Below, piece after piece: positions 56,501 through 63,700 of a stretch of DNA of 64,000 bases. The stretch is taken from IMG/VR virus record IMGVR_UViG_3300014204_006419; one strand, given 5' to 3'. Source of the DNA: a virus (Duplodnaviria; Heunggongvirae; Uroviricota; Caudoviricetes). Position numbers and translations under genes: made by a program. The notes beneath the pieces are model-generated. The model ran no database searches. It was not told the origin of the DNA and saw only the letters and a list, made by a program, of their open reading frames with translations. Position 1 is the stretch's first letter. Each line of letters opens with the position of its first letter.

Positions 56501-58886
56501 TGTAGTCGTTCTTGTTGTTTGTAGTGTACGCTGTGTGTGCCATGTTATCTGCGGATACTGCTCCGACCATGAAAGTTCCTGGATAAATCTCATTGTCAAG
56601 AAGTCTGAAACTGTAATTAGTTCCTGATGAGGCATTAACCGTTTCAGGGAAATATCCTGCATGTGCGGTTCCGTTTAGGTAGTATTGAATATTGTCTATT
56701 GAATCATTTGATTTATAGTAAATCCTAATTGTGGATGTATTGATGTTGTCTCCAGTAATCGAGTAGTTTATGAACATTGGATTTCCCTGAACGTTAGTGA
56801 TGTTCAAGTCTGCAGGTGTTTGTGATTGGAAAGTAATGCTTATTGGATTAACCCAATCCCAGCTTCCATCAGATTTCTTGAGTTTGTAATTAAATCCGTT
56901 AGAATCTCCCGCATAAACGTCGTCGATTCCAACTTGTATTGAGTCTATTGCCTTGAAATATACTTGAACACACCATGCAGTTGTTCCGTTATATAACGTC
57001 TTACATACTACTCCTGCTGCGTGTCCTGTATAAATTGCGCCTTCGGTATCATCAATTCTAAGTGCATAGATTTGTCCTGTTCCGTTTGGCTGCACCAGAG
57101 TTTGACCTGTTCCCCAGCTTACTGCTGCGTTTGAGATTGCCACCTTTGAGATATTTCCGTTCTGGTGCCCAGCATAAATGTAGCCATTTGCTTCGTCTAA
57201 TGCCAAACATCCTGGGTTAATTGCGCTTGCATACGGTTGAACTTTTGTAGCAGTAGTCCCCCAGACTATTGTTCCATTTGGATAAGTCTTTGAGAGGTTT
57301 CCTCCGCTTGTTCCTGTGTAAATGAAAGAACCACAAGCAATCGAATTTCCTTGTGCTGTTGTTGGTCTTGTTGTTGCGTTCCAAACTTTAGTTCCAGAAG
57401 TTGTGTACTTGTTCAAATATCCTGTTCCAACCACAGCGTAAACATTGTCTCTCGCGGGGTCTATACATATGTCGTAAGGTATGTTTGAGCCTAAACTCGA
57501 AGTCCAATTCTGCGTTCCATCTAAGTTTAATGCGGTTATGCGGTCTGTTGCTCCATTTCCTATTGCAACAAAAAGTCTAATATAATCTCCAATAATTGCA
57601 CGAGTTGTTACTAATGCTGGTCTTACTTGTCGAGTCCAATTTGCGGTTCCATTTCCGCTGCTTACACTTGAAATATATCCACTCTCCATTGCGTTATAAA
57701 GCCAACCATTAGTAGTATCGAGCCAACTTCCGTAAATCCAATTTGCGTGTGCTTGCGGGTTTGGATTCCAAAGAAATACAGTTCCACCGTCCTCTTTAGT
57801 CGTTCCTGCTGGCTGATTTATTCCTGTGTCGCTTGATAGATTATTCAGATTAATATAACCATTTGCTCCACCGCTCCAACACAAAGGTGTTGAATTTGAG
57901 CACCAACCCGTGTTTTCTGCCGCAGTTTGTGTCTGTGCTGAAAGATTCCATAGTGCAGTTCCATTGCTTTTGTAGATTTTATTTCTTTGTCCTTGTCCGA
58001 GTTGGGTAGTGAAAAGATATGTGTCGTTGTGAGCATCAACTTCTGAAACGTAGTTGGTTGTGTCCTGCATTTCAATTAGCCAAATGTTTGCACCTGTTGT
58101 GAGGTTTCCTTTTGCTACCCAGCCATATCTGTAACCTACATAATACGCATCGTCTGCTTCGTTAATGTGATTATTTCCTGCGGTTACGTTATTCCCTGTA
58201 ATTACCGACCACCTTTGCGAACCGTCTGCTTTTGCGAAACTCGTTACATTTCCATTATTTCCAGTTAAAACGCAATAACCTGTTGCATTTGTATCGCAGT
58301 CGAGTCCATAAGCGTATGTTGCACCACTTGGTTGAATTAGAGATTGCCCTGCTCCCCAGACCCATGTTCCGTCAGTTATATTTATTTTGCTCACGTTACC
58401 TGTTGCATGACCTACATACAAAAATCCGTCATTTCCCAAGTCCATTGAATATGGATTGCAGTTTGCTCCAGTGTAAGGAGTTACGCAAGTATCATTCCAA
58501 CCGTTGCCTGTCATTGAACCGTTCGTAAATGAAACTTTACAGATTGAGCAGCCACCACCCTGATAGCCAACGTAAATCCATGTTTTTGCGTCATCAACTG
58601 CCAAAATGTTTGCCGCCTTGTTTAATGGGTCAATCGCAAGGCAAGCTGATGCCCATCCGTTGTCTGTTGTGCTTCCGTTGTAAGCATTGAATTTGCATAG
58701 GTTGTTTGCCGATGCAGCTTCAATACAATATGAACTTGAATTCATTGGTTCCTCGCACCAAATCCTATTTACAGCTTGCGCTACTGGGCGAACGATTTGA
58801 GGGGAGTTCCAAGTCCCATCAGCAAAAATCATCTCGGATAGGAAAATTAAGCAAAATAACGCTAGATAGATTCGTTTTAAATCCAT
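47571..58886 (-). CDS. giant cell-surface protein (3771 aa): signal peptide, beta-propeller-like N-terminal region, about 25 tandem ~95-aa repeats, C-terminal TM anchor, extremely sequon-rich
   Basis: Single uninterrupted ORF. N-terminus MDLKRIYLALFCLIFLSEMIFADG. Repeated YVGY/YAGH propeller-blade-like motifs. The repeat unit is SGWIQN-SATSTFS-QY...NATWGN-FPL...YTQ-DFDTCPNGF-CSW. Two C-terminal TM helices. Confidence 0.8.
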   Translation of the reverse strand: MDLKRIYLALFCLIFLSEMIFADGTWNSPQIVRPVAQAVNRIWCEEPMNSSSYCIEAASANNLCKFNAYNGSTTDNGWASACLAIDPLNKAANILAVDDAKTWIYVGYQGGGCSICKVSFTNGSMTGNGWNDTCVTPYTGANCNPYSMDLGNDGFLYVGHATGNVSKINITDGTWVWGAGQSLIQPSGATYAYGLDCDTNATGYCVLTGNNGNVTSFAKADGSQRWSVITGNNVTAGNNHINEADDAYYVGYRYGWVAKGNLTTGANIWLIEMQDTTNYVSEVDAHNDTYLFTTQLGQGQRNKIYKSNGTALWNLSAQTQTAAENTGWCSNSTPLCWSGGANGYINLNNLSSDTGINQPAGTTKEDGGTVFLWNPNPQAHANWIYGSWLDTTNGWLYNAMESGYISSVSSGNGTANWTRQVRPALVTTRAIIGDYIRLFVAIGNGATDRITALNLDGTQNWTSSLGSNIPYDICIDPARDNVYAVVGTGYLNKYTTSGTKVWNATTRPTTAQGNSIACGSFIYTGTSGGNLSKTYPNGTIVWGTTATKVQPYASAINPGCLALDEANGYIYAGHQNGNISKVAISNAAVSWGTGQTLVQPNGTGQIYALRIDDTEGAIYTGHAAGVVCKTLYNGTTAWCVQVYFKAIDSIQVGIDDVYAGDSNGFNYKLKKSDGSWDWVNPISITFQSQTPADLNITNVQGNPMFINYSITGDNINTSTIRIYYKSNDSIDNIQYYLNGTAHAGYFPETVNASSGTNYSFRLLDNEIYPGTFMVGAVSADNMAHTAYTTNNKNDYIKMQILNVSDVKNWGIFEIMANSTANAAPANLFYCNGSYIGGDKFTSSLSNCTLIGTLAPTTNYSHCHLNASCHNWLPFTFNTTDGTINGLKVTPDSYFAFGGAKDWSIWHVAEEIRVGTTATTENNGNSWTDQTYTVDSHLHQFLGNASFYYYVCANYTNGTEVCSSVREDLMELGGLPPTAPFVVSPENTTYTSGNLVSITWLPSISPNEYAISYYNISLTDVNGTFISTIVESEPSTSYGWDTLGLAEGQYEVSVEAFDVIGQHSIGYSEVFTIRNPDIIPPTYTNNSTNDTLAGVDTLFSLEWLDSSGLSSYIFSFDNGTGELINDSAVEMTGTSNWSNVTKTVNSTAGSTIRWCVYANDTDNNWNSTSCDLPFNYTTTSSFTPTYGELSQLINATAGTNVLFGAQVNVTGSGTCNLTIPIDYIITYVQNSSGDNITSSNGTNWLAWTCNSTDSSYEAYITLPAVESSCTSWIQDNGYTSTLEMQYEKRNCTLTNPSTTTNYTNASAILDCLAGETCNVTTQSITPLDAGATNNITQGANGDNLTESNTAWQQNASETSNMQTQYLNSTLSATNQLAIAFTGITFNSTNFAVCPTGAICTGTNGTLDFEASGSNSTQGTGSGDWLTESNTNWLQDLTNTSTLSTQYAAQNLSATSNTSIVLSNINFQSSDFVACVSGWSCSGMSGTLNFSALGSNSTTATGEGNGLTITKSGWAQNVSATTNCTQQTIQEYLNATSNLSFGLTEVNYTQSDWDTLPSNFSSTWSGTINISAGATAQLNENVQGNELTCSASPWTQESSTIATQYYNSTLVINNTGTIDLVSITFGDNDFQSKPAGFTGNVNGTIDLNASQTTNITKQISGSVISKTLSGWVQDNAYTSTFTTQYGKETLTLNSSGDSWTIPYSSGDFDSCPIGFTCSGESGSLLVPAGGSNNTNATGNGNNVTVVKSGWVQDNNHTSNSTIQYLMENVNATNNLGFNLTGVQYTQADYDTCPNGFVCSWTDTTNISAGETTQTWKEISGNNITVSKDSYIQNTNATSTLAMQYAQATSTFYWGNSINLTGVSFNSEDFSTCPDSWTCSETSGTLNIQANGNNSTTSSANGSSITKTLSGWIQNISATSTSSIQYAQEQLNASWNQSFTLSNVAYSQADYDTCPNGFTCSWSDTFNFTGLGTNTSTRGSSGNNITVTKDAWQQNASATSTLSTQYGQSTSTFVWGNNFPLTGFEYAEGDFTTTPFGWVATGETGTINIAASNSNSTTAGASGNSITLSKSGWMQNTSATSTSSIQYGQEQLNASWNQSFSLSNVEYTQDNYDTCPNGFICFWSGTFNFTPLGTNTSTRGASGNNITVTKGAWIQNVSAISNFSIQYAQATSNFTWGNAFPLTGFSFVADDFAATPAGWTTTGTSGTLDIQATSSNSTTAGANSSSIVNVKGDWIQDNTNTSNCTSQYLFATNNVTYNGTIPINVNYSGTDFNALPDGISASISGNLSFAENGTIQLQEYASGSNATCTFSNYYQDINQTSNCTTQYLYDTLSVAWGGTTSLNLTYYQSDFPTAPTGFAKPEGGILLLSPSTTTSINKTTSGSGLTCSAADWAQDNSQTSTFTTQYINSTLSIIDTSNFTWQNIAYSETDYNALPNGFSGTHSGSLNISALGSNSSNWALSGNNISIVKNGWIQNDSATSTFSMQYLQDTINATWGNNFPMNVQYTESDFDTCPNGFVCSWTENTSWTDSGTNNITKGISGNNITVTKGAWTQNTSATTNCSIQSIYANDTVAWGNAIILTGVSYTQTDFATQPIGFSGTFSHTATISNGDNNITEGVSGNALTCGATDWAQNVSASSTTSIQYLMSNLSISNAANIPFSNVSYSSNDFPAEPIGFTGTLTGIMNLSASGTNSTIVQISGNALTKSLSGWMQNATPTSTFSIQYGKEQLNISNNISIQLIEISYSQSDFDTCPSGWSCTDTSGTMNFTSLGSNSTWASASGNSINLTKGTWIQNISATSNVTNQFLQETTNATWELTWALDNVQYTQADFSTCPIGFICSFTRTTNFTGEESKSFTEGITGNSLTKTLSGWIGLGNKTEQMNLTWGVNTSMNAVQFNPSDFDTCPVGYTCYNTSGTLNFDAFGNNSTVAYANESLAPVTNATAITNTSASYTFGTWTSSPYVNITLTCSDSGSGCNITKYCLDTSNSCTPTTNYTGVIKIDKDGLQYIRYFSDDNVGNNETTQYQNMMFREEKYGNIIQQTNATVGYNVSFSIRANVTGTGICNYTYLPTDRIDLEVINSTSNAQEISNGTDWVAWSCNNDNYSINFNMSTPTYNCSSNNGWIQNDSATSTFSMQYAERNCALTNPSSLNYSNVSATAACISGWACTFTNQSTALLQFNSTDIKTQGTNGDSISIVQGGWIQNTSAISTFSTQYLKENINATWSQSFPITVQYTQSDFSTCPDGFVCSWTRTTSWDESGTNQIFSGISGDNISVSRTGWMQNNSITSTLTQQYLQEQINATWGNDIPLSNVAYTQADYDTCPNGFTCLFNGTVDFSTAETKSLLEGINASALNVVKTGWIQDVVTNASQSDLTIQFIISQLNATWNNAIVLNNITYNESDFGTCPTQFICTNASGEFNFSGIETKSASENGSGDSLSEFIPDTTAQNPNTNLNELSVNYYGISPEIITNNASINFTAIYLNWSSPGAICIANCSGLHPIAANGDSVINVSFSTPVTASNVTYSMPHVFPYPFNYEVKFNNSYGITENFTGNINDTCVNCQSELLYYCNNASCDIDNYVDWSIVPNYTKVGGRIIINNQQLLNSTNNIVYVLSYDPTKPTTPSSGGGLVIYNAGTPMAIIGVLVLLFASGLFALAGFKLRINPFIQYACFFFAIIWLFLAMSIAGMSLAQGDMVMNSSVTTVVGNQTFTNYTFTKVPSATSGLIDIGIYVFAVFILLIVIYIGYKLTRRSTKTMIALSTNGKEVNDDYLLNEGRK
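48800..54900 (-). repeat. tandem in-frame coding repeats (~285 nt / ~95 aa unit, about 25 copies) inside the giant surface-protein gene
   Basis: Recurrent peptide motifs (SGW[IMA]QN.SATST.S.QY, DFDTCPNGF.CSW) and matching DNA periodicity across this span. Boundaries are approximate. Confidence 0.6.
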
Positions 58887-58889
58887 AAT

Positions 58890-59321
58890 TTATCTTCCAT
58901 AGTCGTTATTGAAATAATCGTTGTCTGGTTTGTGTTTTCCTTTGAGTGAATCTAATAATGTCCTTGAAGTTGTGAAGAACAATTTGTATCCGATATACAT
59001 TACCATTAGCATGATGAACAATCCAAATACGTAGATTCCAATATCAAGCAATCCAGAGGTTGCGCTCGAAGAATTTCCGTATGTAACCAATGTCTGTGTG
59101 GAATTAGTAGATAGAATTGTTGTGGTTGTTGAGTTTAGAACTGGGTCTCCTTGCGTCAATCCCATTCCAGCTAGTGTCATTGCCAGGAATAGCCAGATTA
59201 TTGCGAAGAAGAAACATGCGTACTGAATGAACGGTGTGATTCTTAGCTTGAACCCAGCTAGCGCGAATAAGCCAGAACAGAATAAAAGTACTAGAATTCC
59301 CGCAAGAATTAAATCCACCAA
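58890..59321 (-). CDS. stand-alone membrane-anchor module, paralog of the giant protein's C-terminal ~140 aa
   Basis: 143 aa. LFALAGFKLRI[TN]PFIQYACFFFAIIWLFLAM...SATSGL[LI]DIGIYVF...YIGYKL is nearly identical to the C-terminus of 47571..58886. DNA at about 59160..59300 is ~85-90% identical to about 47830..47975. Confidence 0.6.
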   Translation of the reverse strand: MVDLILAGILVLLFCSGLFALAGFKLRITPFIQYACFFFAIIWLFLAMTLAGMGLTQGDPVLNSTTTTILSTNSTQTLVTYGNSSSATSGLLDIGIYVFGLFIMLMVMYIGYKLFFTTSRTLLDSLKGKHKPDNDYFNNDYGR

Positions 59322-59448
59322 TACACCTTATGACGGCTTTTGGCTTTCTTTATTTAAAAACGTTGTGGTTTGAGAAAAAGAAATATTAGGTGGTTCATCC
59401 CGCATCACGCAGTCCCCACTTTTTCAATGGCGAGCCTCAATTCAGTAA

Positions 59449-59751
59449 CTAGTACTGAACAGACTCTACGCCAAACTGACCCGCTCCGCGCTGTCCGAAC
59501 ATGCCTGTTACAAGTCCGACCATGATTGCGCCGACAAAGACCACTACGATGATTTGTAGCCACTGTGGTACTGTCGCAAGTGCAGTAATAACCTGTCCGA
59601 TAGCAGTGTATGCAGTGCTGTTGTTTCCGCCACCAGTCATGTTATTGACTACGCTCTGTGTCTGAGCAAGCGTCAAGAATGCAACTGCGATAACAATTGC
59701 AAACACAAGCAAGCCCATTGCGAGATTGGTTAATTGGTCAAGTGCTCCCAT
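59449..59751 (-). CDS. small membrane protein (2 TM, central sequon-rich loop)
   Basis: 100 aa. Confidence 0.35.
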   Translation of the reverse strand: MGALDQLTNLAMGLLVFAIVIAVAFLTLAQTQSVVNNMTGGGNNSTAYTAIGQVITALATVPQWLQIIVVVFVGAIMVGLVTGMFGQRGAGQFGVESVQY

Positions 59752-59887
59752 TGAAAATTCACCCCTTTTACGACGATTGGGTACGTGCGATAAACCTTAC
59801 GGTATCTCCTTTGTTTATAATAATTATATAAAGGCTTGTTAACACGGTACCAACACGTATACTTTTGTATCCAAGCTTTGTATTCGT

Positions 59888-60277
59888 TCAATTTGTATTC
59901 TTGAACGTCAGATACATGAATCCAATTAGGAACATGGCAAGAAGAATCGTTAGGAACCAGCCTGCCAGTAATCCGACCCACCATAGAATAAGTCCGACGA
60001 TAAATGCAACGAATGCAGCATATGTGAAAGAGATACTTTTTGGATAATTGCTTAGAATAATGAATATAATCGTGCCTATTGTAAGGGTTAATGCAACGCC
60101 CCAAACACCGCCAGTAATCGTATTGACAAATCCCATCATTGTTTCGAAAGAATTTATTTGCGTGATGTTTGTGATGTTTGCGAGATTCAGAACCATGAGT
60201 ACACCTACATACGGTACTTGAAGTACATGCTGACTACTTCTAGCAAGATTATTATTGAAATTGCTGCTCCGATACAC
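59888..60277 (-). CDS. polytopic small membrane protein
   Basis: 129 aa. 3-4 TM. The start may be internal. Confidence 0.3.
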   Translation of the reverse strand: MYRSSNFNNNLARSSQHVLQVPYVGVLMVLNLANITNITQINSFETMMGFVNTITGGVWGVALTLTIGTIIFIILSNYPKSISFTYAAFVAFIVGLILWWVGLLAGWFLTILLAMFLIGFMYLTFKNTN

Positions 60278-60699
60278 GCCATTATGATTAGTATCAAGGA
60301 TTGCGCGGATGTATTTGAATTAGACGTGGATGAATTTGAATTAGGGGTCATTGCACCTAACCCAAATATTAACACGTTTCCAGTTTGACTTAACATTGTT
60401 GCGGTTATTGTTACAGATTGAGTAGCTATCTTTGCCATGTACCATGGGTTAGTCAATGATGCTCCAGATTGGTCTGTTGTCGCCGTAGCGGGTTGATTGA
60501 TTACGTTCTGCATTCCCTGCGTCATATTTACATATTGGTCAGAATAACCACTGTAATCAAAATTATTTGTAACGCTCTGAATCCCAGGTGCCCCAGCACC
60601 AAGATATGCAGCTCCACTTTCTGAGATTAGCATGGTTACGGCTGCTGCTATGATTATCATGCAAATTCCTGAAATTATCATTCCTCTAGTCTCTGCCAT
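60205..60699 (-). CDS. pilin-like protein candidate (possible class III signal peptide)
   Basis: 164 aa. N-terminal MAETRG followed by a long hydrophobic segment. S/T/N-rich middle with sequons. C-terminal hydrophobic helix. Confidence 0.3.
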   Translation of the reverse strand: MAETRGMIISGICMIIIAAAVTMLISESGAAYLGAGAPGIQSVTNNFDYSGYSDQYVNMTQGMQNVINQPATATTDQSGASLTNPWYMAKIATQSVTITATMLSQTGNVLIFGLGAMTPNSNSSTSNSNTSAQSLILIIMACIGAAISIIILLEVVSMYFKYRM

Positions 60700-60700
60700 T

Positions 60701-63700
60701 TTACGTCCTCGCTTTCATTGCGAATAGAATTGCGACTACTATCAATGCGATGCACGCGCCAAGGCTCAACTGTGTGAATCCCATTACCGCCATCAAGATA
60801 AGTCCTACAACCCCTAGGAACATTGAGACTATCGGGTTGTATAATCCTATGCCTACGAGAGTCAAGAATACGATTAACGTCGGGAAAATTCCCATATCCG
60901 CGAACTGCTTCTGCGCAGTGTAATCTAGAGAAGATAACATTAGGCTTCTGTTGTTGTCAGTGTAGTTTGAATCATATGAATAGACTGACACGGTGTACAT
61001 TTTTCCTGTGAATCCATTTATGTCGCATACTAAGGTTCCACTTGCTCCAGTCACTGCATCAGTGCAGGCTCTCCCCAGGGTTGCATTTGATGAAAAGCTG
61101 AGTTCATTTATTGTCAAATTGTAGGTTCTTGCTCCTGCATTGGCATCTACGAATTGACAGGTTACTTCTTGTGTTGTACTATTTATTGAAACGTTTAGGC
61201 ATCCTATTGCAATTGAACCCATTGTACTCCAGTATGAGGTAGATGTTGGAGATAATCTTAGCACTACTTGGCAGGTCGAAGTTGCACATGAGATAATCTG
61301 CTGAGTGAATGTCTGCAGAACTACTCCATTTTTTGATACTACATAATTATACCAGATGTCATTTGGTCTAAGATATGTGCTTGCTACTCCATTCGAATCC
61401 GTCTGGATGATTCCGATTGTTTGGTATGAAGCGTTACCAGTAAAGTATCTTTGTATAGTTATGTATGCGCTGGTTACTGGATTATTATCTGCGTCGAGCA
61501 GTAGGAATTGAGTCTGTCTTGCGTATTCTGGGGATTCGCAGAACAGTGTGTAGTATGCAGTAGTATTTGTTGGATTCAGAGACATGTTCTGGATGAAATA
61601 ACTTCTCATCGGATATTTTACTGTTGTATTTGACCAGAGATATGTATATCCGTAGAATGTGAAGGTTTCGTTTGTTGAAGCATTGTATTGGCTAGTTGTG
61701 TTGCTCATTATTGTTCCTGCAATTGCACTTGCATTCACCTGGCAGGCGTATTGGTTGTTGATTGTCACGTTTGCTGGAAGACTGTTTGGATTTATGCAGA
61801 TGATTGCCGAAGTTGCATTTTCTATTATTGCACCTGCAGTGTAATTTCCACTTGATGCGGTCAAATACACTGAGATGAACTGCGTTGCGTAATTCAAACT
61901 TTGATTCTCTTCGTCCCTTGTTGTGAAATTGAATTTTGTATAATTTATTCCTGCTCCGCTGTAGTTTACACAATCTCCGTTGTAAGCAAATGTTGGAGCA
62001 TTGTAATCCGCGTAGTACAATGTATCTGGACTGCAAGCAAATGTCCAGGTCAATCCAGTTCCACTTCCCGAATTATTATACAATGTTGTGTTCAGTTGAG
62101 TTCCATTTGTGTAATAAATTGTTGGCTGGCTTGATGCAGACAGTGTGCAATATGTTGCATTCTGTGTTGAAAGCGCAGTCTGCCTTAGTATTCCACCTGT
62201 TGAATTTATCCCATTGGCAACCAAGTCGATGTTGTTTCCAATCGCATATCTCCAGGTGTAATTTATTTTTGTACTGTTTGTTGGTGCAAGCTGCGATATG
62301 GTATATCGAGTAGTGGAGTTATAATTGAAGTAATGCGAATCATCTCCAAGTCTAACTCCTATTCCATTACCTATTGATGCATTATTTTGTACTTTGATTA
62401 AGTTCGTTATGTTTGAATCTACGAATGAATTCCATCCCCATGTTGTTCCTATAGCTGCACTCCCAAATGAAGTCGATACTGTTGGGTTCAGATTCCAGGT
62501 TAAATTACTTGCATTCCAATTGCTTGTCGTGTAATATGCGCTCAATGTTTGACTTGCATTTGAAATACTGTACGCACTTATATTGATACTCGAAAGTATG
62601 AGTCCTTGTCCAAGATAGTACTTTGAGAATACAAATTCTTTCTGGCTTGTCGCTACTGAGGGGTCATTTGTATTCAATCCTTCGAAATTTATGGTTGCGT
62701 TTCCTGCGTTTGTGAAAGTATCCTCACTCGAATTAACTAGTGAAGTCTGATTTATCGTGTACCAATCGCATACTCCAGAACAATTACTCCAATAGTTGTA
62801 TCCGCCATCAGTGAGATTTGTTGAACTGTTCAGGTCGTTTGTATTGTTGTATAGATTTAGGTTTAGTACTGTTGTGGCTAGATTTGTTGCAGTGAAAACA
62901 TTTATTCCATAGGTATTGTTCGCAATCGAATTTGATTTGAGTGTGTTGTTTCCAGTAGTATTTATCCCGATTCCGTTTGTCGAATTTCTGATTACACTCC
63001 ATTTAATCATGTTATTGTTTGAGGTTCCATTAAGCAGAATACCATACTTGCTTTGTCCAACTGTGAAATTCGAAATTGTATTTCCATCACCATTGATTAC
63101 GATTGCATTTGCTCCATCAGATTTTACGTTTAACCAGCTACCAGTTACCGAATTGTTGTATCCGTTTATGACTAAACAATCTGCTCCCGCACCATCAATG
63201 CTTGTGTACAATTTGTAAGTTGTATTGTTACCATTGTATGTTCCGCATTCGATGATTGCTCCTGCTGGAGTTCCTCCGTACCAGGCAAATTGTGTAAATG
63301 TTGTGCTACTAGATGAATTCAATGCTGTTTGACTCTTTGATATAGGCAAACATCCATAACCGATTGGGCATCCGAATGACTCCGTTGCATTCGAATAATT
63401 TGTGGTAGTGCTTGGATTTGCATATACACAACTTCTGTTCCAATAACTTGTTTGGTCTATAAATCCTGCTGAGCCACTGCAGTTGTTTGATATTTGTGGA
63501 AGATTCCAGAATATGGAATAGTTTCCAGAAGTTGCATTGCACAAGAATGATACCCAGGTAGTTCCGTTGCTTGCTATTGTGATGTTCGCTCCAGTTCCAT
63601 TCTGTACCCATAAGTTTCCTGAAGGCATAAGCCTATCGGATTGCATTGCTGTGAAATTGCATGTTCCATTTCCTATTGGATTTGCGGCAGCTGTGAAAAT

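Noticed and set aside
59730-60104. 124-aa highly basic ORF (MGRCINPYNRHDYIHY...)
   Set aside because: It overlaps two hydrophobic membrane-protein ORFs in other frames, its composition is R/Y/K-biased, and it has no SD context. It is likely spurious.
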